The notes under the pieces: generated by a model
Databases searched by the model: none
What the model saw: only the letters and a program-made list of their open reading frames with translations
What the model was told of the DNA's origin: nothing
DNA from: an uncultured delta proteobacterium
GTDB taxonomy: Bacteria > Myxococcota > Myxococcia > Myxococcales > Myxococcaceae
NCBI GenBank assembly: GCA_963796055.1
Contig: CAWCKH010000004.1
Span: 2,912,001 to 2,976,000 of the forward strand
Direction: 5' to 3'
Length of the DNA: 64,000 bases
Position numbers and translations under genes: made by a program
Shown here: positions 36,115 to 46,155 of the stretch, piece after piece
Layout: each line of letters begins with the position of its first letter
Numbering within the stretch: position 1 is the first letter of the stretch

Positions 36115-36705
36115 TCAGCGCCCGTCTTTTTCGATGACGTGGTCACGGAAGGCGATGTCGGTCCGATCGCCATCGGGCTCCTGTAGGGAAACGTGCCGCA
36201 AGCGGTACTCCAGATCGAAGTCGAGATCGATTGCCTGGATCGAGTGAGAGAGCCCTTCGGAGCGCGGCTTCAGAGAGACCCTGAGTGGCCGGGCTCGATC
36301 AATCCTCAGCTCGAACAGCGGTGTGAGACGTTCGAGATCTGCTTCGAGCACGGCCCGGAGGGTCTCGAAGACCTTCCCCATGCCGGGCTCGGACGTGAGG
36401 TCGAAGCTCTGGGGCGACGACATGCCGGACATCGTCAGCGTGGCGGTCGTTCCCTGGAGGACGAGCTCGCTCTCGCTCGGTGGGTCGGTGTGCCAGACGA
36501 GTCGACCGCCGCGGTGGTAGCTAAGTCGCCCGGTGGTCACCAGCGTGTCCCGGAGTGCCTTGAGGTGCTTCGTCTGTTCGAAGCGCGCCGAGAGCGACCG
36601 GGTACGCTGCAGGGACTCGCGAAGCGGAGCCAGCTCCGGAGGCACGCCTTTCGGTGCGGGACTGGCAGAGAGGACCACCGGCAGGAGCACGGCAAGCAGG
36701 TCCAT
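36115..36705 (-). CDS. LolA-family periplasmic carrier (ApeL-like)
   Basis: SLSARFEQTKHLKAL...GRL...LVWHTDPP...EPDGDRTDIAF. Confidence 0.88.
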   Translation of the reverse strand: MDLLAVLLPVVLSASPAPKGVPPELAPLRESLQRTRSLSARFEQTKHLKALRDTLVTTGRLSYHRGGRLVWHTDPPSESELVLQGTTATLTMSGMSSPQSFDLTSEPGMGKVFETLRAVLEADLERLTPLFELRIDRARPLRVSLKPRSEGLSHSIQAIDLDFDLEYRLRHVSLQEPDGDRTDIAFRDHVIEKDGR

Positions 36706-36802
36706 CGGAGCGCGAGGCTATCACGCTGGCGCAGGAGCATCGTAGGCCAACGACTGGACTTGCTTCTCCTGGACATGGGAAGAAACGTGGTCAGGGAATC
36801 AC

Positions 36803-37966
36803 GTGCCTGCAGTCATCACCTCCGTGGGCGCCGTCACCGGACACGGGATCGGATGCGCCAAGCTCTTCTCGGCGCTGCTTCGCGGCGACACGGCGATCCG
36901 CTCGGTCTCTCGTTTCCCTGTCGACGGCCTGTGCAGCACCTTGGCTGCCGAGGCCCCCGTGGACGAGGAGCTGGAGGCGGCCTCCTCGGGGCTTCACCAG
37001 GGGCCAGCGGAGGACCGGGCCACCCGCCTTCTCCTGGCGGCCGCCGCCGAGGCCCTGGAAGGCCGGGAGCTCGAGGCATCGCCGCGCCGTGGGGTGCTCG
37101 TCGGAACCACCAAGGGAGCTTTCGAGCGCCTCGGACGCCGGACAGGAAGCGATGACCTCCTCGGGGCTCCCGCCCGCGCGCTGGCCGGCGCAGCCCACGC
37201 GCGTGGCCCGACCCTGGGCATCAGCGCTGCGTGCTCGTCGGGCGCAGCGGCGCTCGGTGAGGCGCTGGCTCTGATCGAGGACGGGATCTGTGATGAGATT
37301 CTGGTGGGGGGGACCGAGGCGCTCCATGCCTTCGTCTACCGCGGCTTTCACGCGCTGCGTGCCCTCTCTCCGCGACCGGCGATGCCTTTCGACGCCGCGC
37401 GCAGTGGGCTCTCGCTCGGCGAGGGTGCGGCGGTCCTGATCACCGAGTCCATCGCTCATGCGAGACGACACGGTCGTCGACCGATCGCAGTGCTGGAGGG
37501 CTTCGGTGCAAGCAGTGATGCGCATGACCAGGTCGCACCTGAGCCCGGCGGACGTGGGTTGCTCGCTGCCAGCCGGATGGCCCTCGCCAGCGCAGGCGTC
37601 ACGGCGAACGAGGTCGATGGCTACCACGCACACGGCACCGGTACGGTCCAGAACGACCGGATGGAGGCCACGGTCTTCGCCGGGCTGTTCTCCGGGCGCG
37701 CGGTGACCGTCTCGGCGATCAAGGGTTCCCTGGGGCACACGCTCGGCGCGGCAGGTGCACTCGATGCGCTCGTCTGCGCTCTCATCCTGCGGGCCGGGAC
37801 CGTACCGCCGGTCACCAATCTGAGGACGCTGGATCCGCGGGCGCACGTCCCTGCAGTCATCGGAGGGCCGAAGCCGCTCACCGGAAGCCGGATCCTGATG
37901 GCCAGCGCCGGCTTCGGCGGCATCAACGCCGCTCTCGTTCTCCGTACCGCTGAGGGAAGCGCATGA
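36803..37966 (+). CDS. Beta-ketoacyl-ACP synthase (KS, FabB/F-like) 1
   Basis: Catalytic C-H-H in SAACSSG, HAHGTGT, KGSLGHTLG; ends AGFGGIN. Confidence 0.93.
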   Translation: MPAVITSVGAVTGHGIGCAKLFSALLRGDTAIRSVSRFPVDGLCSTLAAEAPVDEELEAASSGLHQGPAEDRATRLLLAAAAEALEGRELEASPRRGVLVGTTKGAFERLGRRTGSDDLLGAPARALAGAAHARGPTLGISAACSSGAAALGEALALIEDGICDEILVGGTEALHAFVYRGFHALRALSPRPAMPFDAARSGLSLGEGAAVLITESIAHARRHGRRPIAVLEGFGASSDAHDQVAPEPGGRGLLAASRMALASAGVTANEVDGYHAHGTGTVQNDRMEATVFAGLFSGRAVTVSAIKGSLGHTLGAAGALDALVCALILRAGTVPPVTNLRTLDPRAHVPAVIGGPKPLTGSRILMASAGFGGINAALVLRTAEGSA

Positions 37967-38766
37967 TCTCGGAGGTCGGGGTCACCTCCTGGGCGATCTG
38001 GAACGCAGGTGGCGTCTCCATCAACGCGGCGCCCGCCCCCGGGGCGGGCGCCGGGTTGGGCCTCTGGCCGGAACGCCCACCTTCGACCCCTGGTGCCCGC
38101 GGACTGCCTGTTCCCGCGAGCGCCTCTGCACTCGTTTCGCTCGCTCGGCAGGTCCTGGCCGCTCGTCGCGTGGGCTCCCTCCCCGAGTTGCCGCCCCTGA
38201 TCGGCGTGAGGCTTGGAACGATGAGCGGCTCCAGAGAGAACGATCTCGCATTTCTCGAGAGTCTGGCCGAGCGCGGCGAGTCCCTCGGCTCACCGTCGCT
38301 CTTCGTCTACACCCTCTCGACTGCCGCCCTTGCCGACGTCTCGCTCGCTCTGGGCTGTCGGGGGGGCCTCTCCACCGTGAGCAACGGTGAGGCCAGTGGC
38401 CTGCTCGCAGTGGCGCTCGAAGCGGGAGCGGTCGCCGCCGGTCGTTCTGCAGCCTGCCTCTGCGGGGCGATGGACGTTTGTGGCTCGGACTCGGACGTCA
38501 TCGCCCTGTTCCTGCTCGAGCCCGCCCGGTCAGACATCGCGGTCCCTCGGCTGTCGGGCTGGGAATTCACCTTCGACACCACGAGCCCTCCGAGCCCCGG
38601 CTCGTTGCGGTCGAGCATGGAACGGCTGGTCCTCGCGCTCTGCAGCAACGAGGGCGGACCGGTCAGCGCCTCGTCCGGGACCGGCGAGTCCGTCCGCCTC
38701 TCCGTCGTTCCGGCGGGGCGGAGTGCCTGGAGTGGGCAGCGCGCTGGTAGCGCGGAGCGCGCGTGA
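37963..38766 (+). CDS. KS-like chain-length-factor partner 1 (no catalytic Cys)
   Basis: SPSLFVYTL motif of the KS N-domain; NGEASG in place of xACSSG; ATGA coupled to KS1. Confidence 0.7.
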   Translation: MISEVGVTSWAIWNAGGVSINAAPAPGAGAGLGLWPERPPSTPGARGLPVPASASALVSLARQVLAARRVGSLPELPPLIGVRLGTMSGSRENDLAFLESLAERGESLGSPSLFVYTLSTAALADVSLALGCRGGLSTVSNGEASGLLAVALEAGAVAAGRSAACLCGAMDVCGSDSDVIALFLLEPARSDIAVPRLSGWEFTFDTTSPPSPGSLRSSMERLVLALCSNEGGPVSASSGTGESVRLSVVPAGRSAWSGQRAGSAERA

Positions 38767-39335
38767 TGGGCGGGGGACGGAAGGCCGTGGTGCTGGGGGG
38801 CGTGAGTGATCTACAGCGGGTCATCACCGAGCGCCTCGCCAGCGCCGGGCACAGGGTCACCCAGCTGGAGGCGGGCGCTGCCGCGGCCGAGCTCGACGCC
38901 GAGATCCTCGTCCACCTGGATGCGAGCCTCGCGCGCTCTCCGGGGCTCGTCGACCCGGATCAACCCTTGCTCGAGGCACGGGCGTCGTTCAGGGTGATCG
39001 AGCATGCCGCGCGGTCCATGGAGCTCGTGGGGTTCGGTCGAATCGTCCATCTCCGGGCGGCCCCGGACCCGGCCACGACCAAGTTCTCGTCAGCAGCCGC
39101 AGCGATGGCGACCTTCGAGCTGGCCGGGACGCTCGGGGTGCTCCAGGAGACGGCGCGGCGCCTGGCCCCCCTGGGTATCACCCTCAACGTGGTCACCCTC
39201 ATGACATCGTCTGTCGTGCCCACCCAGCGGAAGGCGACGTCCTCCGAGGTTGCCGCCCTCGTGGAAATGCTGTGCGACGACCAGGCCGGCTTCATCACCG
39301 CCCAGTCCTTTTCAATGGTGATCGGGCTGGGTTAG
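38763..39335 (+). CDS. Degenerate SDR-fold protein
   Basis: AVVLGG Rossmann start, FGRIV, ARRLAPLGITLNVV, AGFITAQ; no YxxxK. Confidence 0.7.
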   Translation: MMGGGRKAVVLGGVSDLQRVITERLASAGHRVTQLEAGAAAAELDAEILVHLDASLARSPGLVDPDQPLLEARASFRVIEHAARSMELVGFGRIVHLRAAPDPATTKFSSAAAAMATFELAGTLGVLQETARRLAPLGITLNVVTLMTSSVVPTQRKATSSEVAALVEMLCDDQAGFITAQSFSMVIGLG

Positions 39336-39343
39336 ATCGGCCC

Positions 39344-39646
39344 GTGCCCGCGCCCGCCCCCACCGACCCCTCGACCGAAGACGCGCTGCGGACGCTTCGG
39401 GAGGAGCTCAAGCAGCTCCTGGTGACCACCCTTCGACTGGAGAACGTCCGTCCCGAGGACATCGGTGACACCGAACCTCTGTTCTCTCCCGACGCTCGGC
39501 TGGGGCTCGATTCCCTGGCCGCGCTCGAGCTGCTCTCGGCAATCGAGTTCACCTACAAGGTTCGGTTCGGGGACGATGGCTCGGCACGTGAGCACTTCGA
39601 GTCCATCTCCACGCTCGCCACGTTCGTGGCGTCCGCTCGGACCTGA
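39344..39646 (+). CDS. Acyl carrier protein
   Basis: PLFSPDARLGLDSLAALEL (phosphopantetheine Ser), typical of APE-type ACPs. Confidence 0.92.
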   Translation: MPAPAPTDPSTEDALRTLREELKQLLVTTLRLENVRPEDIGDTEPLFSPDARLGLDSLAALELLSAIEFTYKVRFGDDGSAREHFESISTLATFVASART

Positions 39647-39649
39647 GCC

Positions 39650-40816
39650 GTGCGTGGGGTTGCGATCACCGGCGTTGGCATCGTCTCGGCGCTGGGTTCT
39701 GGTTTCGCCGCTCATCTGGCGGGACTGCGGGAAGGAAGGTCGGGCCTGAGGCCACTCACCCTGTTTCCTGCCGAGGATCTGGGTGGGCCCCCGGTCGGCG
39801 AGGTCGCCGCCGGGCTCGTCCCGAGGAGCCGCGGTCCTCGCTGCATCCGTCTGGCCCTGCTTGCGGCTCGTCAGGCGCTGGCCGGGCGCAGGCTCGAGGG
39901 CGAGGGTGTGCTCTCCGTCGGCACGACCACCGGAGGCATCTTCGAGTCGGAGGCCCATTACTTGAAGCACCGGGGAGGCGTGGGTGCGGAGGACAGGGAT
40001 CTCCTTCTTCACCACCCGATCGGCGCAGTGACGGGGGTCTTGAGCCGGGCCCTGCGGCTTTCCCCTTCGCAGCACACGTTCTCCACCGCCTGTTCATCCA
40101 GCGCCAATGCCATCGGCTTCGGGGCGTCGATGGTGGAGCGGGAGGGCACGTGGGCCCTCGTGGGTGGGGTGGATTCGCTCTCTCGCATCACCTATTGCGG
40201 GTTCCACGCGCTCAAGCTGCTGGCGAGCGCGCCCTGCCGCCCGTTCGACCTGAACCGCCGCGGTGTGTCGCTGGGCGAGGGTGCCGCGTTCCTCTTGCTC
40301 GAACCGGAAGCAGAGGCTCGCCGACGGGGAACGCCCATCCTCGGCTTCGTGAGAGGATGGGGCAGCACCTCCGACGCTCACCATCCAACCGCCCCTCACC
40401 CCCGGGGTGAGGGTGCCGCGGCGGCCTCGCTTTCTGCTCTGGCCGACGCGGGACTGGACCCGGCGCAGGTGGATTACGTGAACGCCCATGGGACGGCGAC
40501 GGCGGCCAACAATCTCGCGGAAGGACTGGCCCTGGAACGGGTGTTCGGAGCAAGGCCTCCGCTGACCAGCTCGACCAAGGGGCTGACCGGGCACACCCTC
40601 GGCGCTGCCGGTGCGATCGAGGCGGTGCTGAGCCTGGCGGCGCTCTCCGGCGGTTTCGTCCCGGCCACCACCGGACTGGAACAGCCCGACCCCGAGATTC
40701 ACCTCCGGCACGTTCCACCGGGAGGGGTGAACCGACCTCTGTCGGTCGTGGTCTCCAACTCCTTCGGATTCGGGGGAAACAACGCGGTCCTCGTTCTTTC
40801 TCGGACGGCTGCATGA
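39650..40816 (+). CDS. Beta-ketoacyl-ACP synthase (KS, FabF-like) 2
   Basis: STACSSSANA, VNAHGTAT, KGLTGHTLGAAG, SNSFGFGGNN. Confidence 0.94.
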   Translation: MRGVAITGVGIVSALGSGFAAHLAGLREGRSGLRPLTLFPAEDLGGPPVGEVAAGLVPRSRGPRCIRLALLAARQALAGRRLEGEGVLSVGTTTGGIFESEAHYLKHRGGVGAEDRDLLLHHPIGAVTGVLSRALRLSPSQHTFSTACSSSANAIGFGASMVEREGTWALVGGVDSLSRITYCGFHALKLLASAPCRPFDLNRRGVSLGEGAAFLLLEPEAEARRRGTPILGFVRGWGSTSDAHHPTAPHPRGEGAAAASLSALADAGLDPAQVDYVNAHGTATAANNLAEGLALERVFGARPPLTSSTKGLTGHTLGAAGAIEAVLSLAALSGGFVPATTGLEQPDPEIHLRHVPPGGVNRPLSVVVSNSFGFGGNNAVLVLSRTAA

Positions 40817-41691
40817 AGCCCACTGTCCACGGCCTGGGCACGGCGGACGCGCCCAGGACGGACATGGATCCACGGGTCAACCGACTTCCGCGTCTGGAGC
40901 GCATGGCGTTCGCCGCGGTGCGAGAGGCCCTCGGTGGGCGATCCCTTCCCGACTCACTCGCCCTCGTCTTCGGGACCGGATACGGAGGGTTGGCGGCCAC
41001 GGAGGCCTTCCTCCAGAGCATCGCCTCCCGGGGGATGGCTCACGGGAGCGCGACCGCATTTCACCAGTCCGTCCATCACTCCCCGGCCGGACAGCTCTCT
41101 CTCCTGCTCGGGATCCGCGGTCCGGTCCTCACCGTCTCACAGCGGGAACTCTCCGGCGAAGCAGCGCTGCGGGTCGGACTCACCCTGCTGGACCGCTTTG
41201 AGTTCGTGCTGGTCGTCGCTGCCGACGAGAAGACCGCCGTGCTCGAGGCGGCATACCGCGCGTTCGGCGGGCTGTTCCGGGCCGGAGAAGGGGCGAGCGC
41301 CATCCTGCTCGGCCGCGGCGAAGGGCCACTCTGGATCGAGCGATGCGAGCTGTTCTCGCATCCCACCTCGGTACGTCGCTTTGCGTCGCCGATCCGCTTC
41401 GGACCTCGGCTCGCCGCGGCGCTCACCAGCTCGCGCAGCCGGGTGGTCTCGATCGCTGCTCCCACGGGCGATGTCGAGCGCAACGAACGGGCACTGGTCG
41501 GTCGCCAAGCTCAGATCCTTCAGGACCAGGTCGCTCCGGGCGAGGTGACCTTTCATCCCTCGGCTGGGCTGGTGCGCAGTGTCCTGGCGGCGCGTCATCT
41601 ACTGACGAGCCCTGGCGCGTCGGCGTGCGTTCTGCACGGGCTCGCCCTCGGCGGTGCTCAGTCCATCACGGTCCTGCGGCGTGACTCCTGA
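40813..41691 (+). CDS. Beta-ketoacyl synthase chain-length factor 2
   Basis: SATAFHQSVHHSPAGQLS (ApeC-type F-x-x-SVH motif); no catalytic Cys; ATGA coupled to KS2. Confidence 0.8.
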   Translation: MKPTVHGLGTADAPRTDMDPRVNRLPRLERMAFAAVREALGGRSLPDSLALVFGTGYGGLAATEAFLQSIASRGMAHGSATAFHQSVHHSPAGQLSLLLGIRGPVLTVSQRELSGEAALRVGLTLLDRFEFVLVVAADEKTAVLEAAYRAFGGLFRAGEGASAILLGRGEGPLWIERCELFSHPTSVRRFASPIRFGPRLAAALTSSRSRVVSIAAPTGDVERNERALVGRQAQILQDQVAPGEVTFHPSAGLVRSVLAARHLLTSPGASACVLHGLALGGAQSITVLRRDS

Positions 41692-42406
41692 GGCCTTCGT
41701 CGGCAGCGGCTTGCTTGGTCTGGGGGGACTGGCGGCGCTGACTGGCACGTGGGCCGTGTTTCACCCTCGATCGACCCTGTTCGGTCCGGTGTTGTGGCGA
41801 GGCCTTCGAGATCGGCCTTGGGCGGCCCTGACGTTCGATGATGGTCCGCATCCGGAGTACACGGAACGGATCGCCGAGATTCTGGCCAAGGAAGGGGTGC
41901 CGGCGACCTTCTTCTGTGTGGGAAGGTGCATCGAGCAGAATCCACGCATCGCCCGCGAGCTCCACCGGGCCGGCCATGCGCTGCAGAACCACACCTTCTC
42001 GCACGACACCGGGCGCCACCTCTTTCATGCCGACTTGCTCCGTGCCGACCTGCAGCGGTGTCAGGACACGCTCGTCGGGATCGGCTCGGCGCCCCCACGC
42101 TACTACAGGCCGGCGGTGGGTATCCGGAACCCAGTCGTTCACCGTGCGGCGCGCGAGGTTGGACTGGAGATCGTCACCTGGACCCATTCTGCCCGTGACG
42201 GCCTCCTTGCCCTGAACGGAAGAAGGGCCGAGCGGCTCGCTGCTCGGGCGGGACCGGGGAGCATCCTGGCCTTGCACGATGGGGCCCTCTCCGCTCGCTC
42301 GACGCTTCGGGAGCAAACGGTGCAGCACCTTCCCGAGCTGCTCCGCACATTGAAGCGACAGGGGCTTCAGCTGGTAACGCTCGACCAGCTGCTCACACCA
42401 TCTTGA
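41681..42406 (+). CDS. Polysaccharide deacetylase (CE4/NodB) family protein
   Basis: N-terminal TM; ALTFDDGP, ATFF, NHTFSH, YRP, ILALHD. Confidence 0.92.
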   Translation: MTPEAFVGSGLLGLGGLAALTGTWAVFHPRSTLFGPVLWRGLRDRPWAALTFDDGPHPEYTERIAEILAKEGVPATFFCVGRCIEQNPRIARELHRAGHALQNHTFSHDTGRHLFHADLLRADLQRCQDTLVGIGSAPPRYYRPAVGIRNPVVHRAAREVGLEIVTWTHSARDGLLALNGRRAERLAARAGPGSILALHDGALSARSTLREQTVQHLPELLRTLKRQGLQLVTLDQLLTPS

Positions 42407-43604
42407 CGAGTGCAGCGAGCGTCTTCTCGGGCTCCCGGACGAAAGGGTTGCCCTGGTCGGTCACGTATCCACCGAGCACCGCAGTGATGGCCTGTCTGAT
42501 CTCGGCGTTCCTCTTCGGACCGAAGATGAGACGCGGCAGCTCTCCCGCATACCAACTCCGGACGAAGGCCTTGAAGACGCCAACGGCTCGACCGACCGGG
42601 CCATCGTACTCGCGATCCCAGTCGACCGACTCTCCGGAGAGCGAACGATCAATCAGCGACGCCGCAATGCTTGAGGACTCGAGCGCGAGCGTGACCCCGG
42701 AGGATAAGACCGGATCCAGAAACTCGGAGGCGTTTCCGGCCACTGCCCAGCGTGGCCCATGGAACCGCGTCACGGCTGCGGCCCAACCGGAGAGCTTGCC
42801 GGTCCTCAGCACCGGGGTCGCGCTCCGCAGCCTTCGGTGGACGTTCGGGTCCTCATGAAGCAAGGCAAAGAGGCGTTCGCGGTCGGATCCGCCAACGCTC
42901 TCGTAGTCACTCTGCGGCATGACCAGGCCCACCGAGGTGCGCCCGTTGGAGAACGGGATGATCCAGGCCCAGGACCCGCGGGGATGGATGCAGATCCAGA
43001 TATCCCCCTCCAGGTCTCCAGTCGGGCGTGCGTCCCCCTCGACCCAGGTGAAAAGCGCCATTCTCGGGGGGACCTCGGAGGGCTTCTCCAGCGAGAGGAG
43101 ACGGGGCAAGACGCGACCGTACCCGCTGCAGTCGAGCACGAAGGACGCCCGCAACTCGAGCCGGCGCTCGGCCTCCACGTCCAGGACGGTCAAGGAGACC
43201 GAGTCAGGACGAAGATCGACCGCTTCGACCCGATGATTGTAGCGAACCTCCACCCCCTGGCTCCGGGCCGCGGTGGAGAGGGTCTGATCGAAGTCGTCTC
43301 GCGGAACCTGGTAGGTCTGGGTCGCTTGCCCGGGGAAGACGTCGGCAAAGCAGAACCGCTCGTGGCGCTCGCCCGCGAGGAAGAGAGCTCCTCTCTTGGG
43401 CTGGTACCCTCGAGCGACCACCGCATCGAGCAGCCCCGCCGCGGCAAGGAGGTCGTTGCATCGAGGAAGGAGCGACTCGCCAATCTGAAAGCGAGGCAAG
43501 GTGCCCGCCTCCAGGGTGATGACACGCCGGCCCTTCCGCGCGAGCAGCGCGCCGGCAACACTCCCTGCCGGGCCCGCTCCGATGATGAGAACGTCGGCAT
43601 CCAT
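42393..43604 (-). CDS. FAD-dependent oxidoreductase, flavin-dependent halogenase-like
   Basis: IIGAGPAG, FQIGESLLP, GYQPKRG, WAWIIPF (WxWxIP), FLDPVLSSGV. Confidence 0.88.
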   Translation of the reverse strand: MDADVLIIGAGPAGSVAGALLARKGRRVITLEAGTLPRFQIGESLLPRCNDLLAAAGLLDAVVARGYQPKRGALFLAGERHERFCFADVFPGQATQTYQVPRDDFDQTLSTAARSQGVEVRYNHRVEAVDLRPDSVSLTVLDVEAERRLELRASFVLDCSGYGRVLPRLLSLEKPSEVPPRMALFTWVEGDARPTGDLEGDIWICIHPRGSWAWIIPFSNGRTSVGLVMPQSDYESVGGSDRERLFALLHEDPNVHRRLRSATPVLRTGKLSGWAAAVTRFHGPRWAVAGNASEFLDPVLSSGVTLALESSSIAASLIDRSLSGESVDWDREYDGPVGRAVGVFKAFVRSWYAGELPRLIFGPKRNAEIRQAITAVLGGYVTDQGNPFVREPEKTLAALVKMV

Positions 43605-43606
43605 CG

Positions 43607-44134
43607 CTAGGCCGGTCGGGGCGCCCGACGCCATCGACGAATCACGAAGGTCGTCGCCAGTCCGGTCACGACGGCCAGGACAGCGCCGACGATTGCCCCA
43701 CCGAGCACCAGCACGCCGAGGAGGTCGGCGACCTCTCTGAAGCTCCGGACCGCGCGCATCGCCTCCACGGACAGTGGAAGCCACCGGCCACGGAGCGACA
43801 GGGCGCCCACCTGGGCATCGGCGAAGAGCACGAACGCAGTGAGGGGCGGCACCGAGACCTGGAGCCCGAGCAGCACCGCCACGCGGTTGAGGCGGAGGAT
43901 CCACGCGAGCCCGAGCCCGACCAGGGTCTGGACCCCCAAGAAAGGGCTGCAGCCAATCAAGACCCCGAGGCCCACCGCCACACCCAGCTGGACGGGGTCG
44001 GTGTGTTCGTGGATGAGGCGACGGGTCGAGGTTCGCAGCGCTCCGCCCAGTGCGCGAGCACGCTCCGTGACCTGCGACCACGGAGCACACCGAGAGGCGG
44101 TCGCGCCAGACCCGGCTGGTTGACGTCCGGGCAT
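43607..44134 (-). CDS. DUF2062-family membrane protein
   Basis: TDPVQLGVAVGLGVLIGCSPFLGVQT...LRLNR pattern. Confidence 0.82.
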   Translation of the reverse strand: MPGRQPAGSGATASRCAPWSQVTERARALGGALRTSTRRLIHEHTDPVQLGVAVGLGVLIGCSPFLGVQTLVGLGLAWILRLNRVAVLLGLQVSVPPLTAFVLFADAQVGALSLRGRWLPLSVEAMRAVRSFREVADLLGVLVLGGAIVGAVLAVVTGLATTFVIRRWRRAPRPA

Positions 44135-44154
44135 CGATTCGGCATCACCCAAGC

Positions 44155-46155
44155 GTGGCCCAGCCACCTGTCCCACTCCTGTGCGACGAAGCACGGGCTT
44201 GCGTCATCATCCCAGTCTACAACAACGTCTCCACCGTCGGAGACGTGGTGCGGGGCGTGCTCGGCCACTGCTCCGCGGTGCTGGTCTGCGACGACGGCTC
44301 GACGGACGGCTCGGGGGACGTTGCCGAGGCGGCGGGGGCGATGGTCCTCCGGCATCCGCGAAACGAAGGCAAGGGTGTCGCGCTGCGGACCCTGCTGGCC
44401 GAGGCGCACCGGCAAGGGTTCCGTCATGCGATCTCGATGGACGCCGATGGCCAGCACCTCCCCGGCGACCTTCCGGTGCTCGCCGCCGCGCTCATCGACG
44501 AACCCGGCTCGATGGTGCTGGGAGTGAGGGACCTCGTGGCTGCCGGAGCCCCGCCCTCGAGCGAATTCGGTCGGCGCTGTTCGAACTGGTGGATCTGGTT
44601 CGAAACGGGACTCCACCTGCCCGACACCCAGTCCGGATTCCGCGGATACCCGGTCCCGGAGGTGAGCGAGCTCGGGGCAGGACACCGCCGCTACGAATTC
44701 GAGACCGACGTGCTGCTCCGGGCGGCGTGGGCAGGCATCCCAATCCGCTCCCGGCCGATCACGGTTCTGTACTCGGCGAACCGGACTTCGCATTTCCGGC
44801 TGGTCCTCGACAACGTCCGGATCGTGGCCTTGAACACGGTTGCAGTCCTCCGGCATCCGCTGCCGCTCCCGCTCGGGAAGTCGTTGTTCCGCGTCCCACG
44901 CCGCCCCGGATGGTCTCTGTTCGAGATCCGAAGGTGGGCCTGGCTGGGCGGCTCCGGACCCCTCTGGCGTGGTCTGGCTGCGCTGGCGGGAATCCTGGGC
45001 GCCGGCTCATTCGCCGGGACTCACTCCGGGGCGCTCGCCTGGGCGACCTGCGCGGTGGCGGGGATCGGCGCCCTCCCCGCGCTGCTCGCGACCCATGGAT
45101 ACCGCTGGCTTCTGGGGAAGCAGGTCTCGCCGGTCTGGAGCACCGTCTTGGTGGTGGGGTGCTGTGTCGCCTTCGGAGTCGGAGAGCTGGCGCGGGCGCC
45201 GAGGCGGGCGAGGCCCACGGGCTGGACGGGAAGGAGCCGGGGCGGCGTCTTCGGACACTGGTTCTTCCTCACCCTCACCCGCGCGTTCGGCAGGTCGGTG
45301 GCCTACTGGGTCCTCTACCCGGTCACGCTCTACTTCCTCTTCGCCGCCCCCGCGGCGAGGACCGCCTCGCGCCAGTTCCTCGATCGGGCCGTGGGTCCGA
45401 CCGGATGGTGGGGTTCGATGGCCCGCTCCTATCGCCACCTTCTGGCCTTCGCCCGGACGATGGTGGATCGGGCACTGCTGCGAACGCGTGGGAAGACCGC
45501 CTTCCGGTACGTCGAGCAAGGCCTGCACCACATTCACCAGGCGGCCTCGGAGGGAAGGGGTGCCGTCCTCCTGACGGCCCACGTGGGCAACTGGGAACTT
45601 GCCGCAGGGCTGTTGAGCGGCGACCTCGGGGAGAAGCTGGCGGTCGCCGCTTACCAGGGGGAGCGGGAGGCCATCGCTCAGTTCATGAGGCGTTCCGGCG
45701 GCCCCGACCTCAGGGTCATCGACGTCGGGCGCGACGTGCTCGCAACGCTGGAGATGATCCGGGAGCTCCGTGGAGGGACCTTACTCGCGGTGCATGGAGA
45801 CCGCGCCATCGGCGAGCAAACGGTGTCCATTCCTTTTCTGGGCCGGGAAGCGCGCTTTCCCATCGGCCCCTTCCTGCTGGCCGCGGTCAGTGGTGCTCCG
45901 CTGATCGCCACCTTCTCGCTGCAGGTGGGACCAGCGGAGTACCGCTTCTTCGCCCAGGAGCCCCAGCATCTGAGCTTCAGCGCGGGCCAGGACCGAGCGA
46001 CCCAGCTCGCGGCCTGGGTCCGGCAGTACGTGTCCTTGCTCGAGTCTCTGGTGAGGCAGTACCCCTACCAGTGGTTCAACTTCTACGATTTCTGGGACGC
46101 GTCGCCTCCGCCGCTGGTGTCGCAGACGCAGTTCGCCACCGGGGAAGCTGCCTAG
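44155..46155 (+). CDS. GT2 glycosyltransferase fused through TM segments to an LpxL-like acyltransferase
   Basis: IIPVYNN, DDGSTDG, MDADGQH, DTQSGFRGY; then GAVLLTAHVGNWE, VHGDR, YPYQWFNFYDFW. Confidence 0.92.
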   Translation: MAQPPVPLLCDEARACVIIPVYNNVSTVGDVVRGVLGHCSAVLVCDDGSTDGSGDVAEAAGAMVLRHPRNEGKGVALRTLLAEAHRQGFRHAISMDADGQHLPGDLPVLAAALIDEPGSMVLGVRDLVAAGAPPSSEFGRRCSNWWIWFETGLHLPDTQSGFRGYPVPEVSELGAGHRRYEFETDVLLRAAWAGIPIRSRPITVLYSANRTSHFRLVLDNVRIVALNTVAVLRHPLPLPLGKSLFRVPRRPGWSLFEIRRWAWLGGSGPLWRGLAALAGILGAGSFAGTHSGALAWATCAVAGIGALPALLATHGYRWLLGKQVSPVWSTVLVVGCCVAFGVGELARAPRRARPTGWTGRSRGGVFGHWFFLTLTRAFGRSVAYWVLYPVTLYFLFAAPAARTASRQFLDRAVGPTGWWGSMARSYRHLLAFARTMVDRALLRTRGKTAFRYVEQGLHHIHQAASEGRGAVLLTAHVGNWELAAGLLSGDLGEKLAVAAYQGEREAIAQFMRRSGGPDLRVIDVGRDVLATLEMIRELRGGTLLAVHGDRAIGEQTVSIPFLGREARFPIGPFLLAAVSGAPLIATFSLQVGPAEYRFFAQEPQHLSFSAGQDRATQLAAWVRQYVSLLESLVRQYPYQWFNFYDFWDASPPPLVSQTQFATGEAA

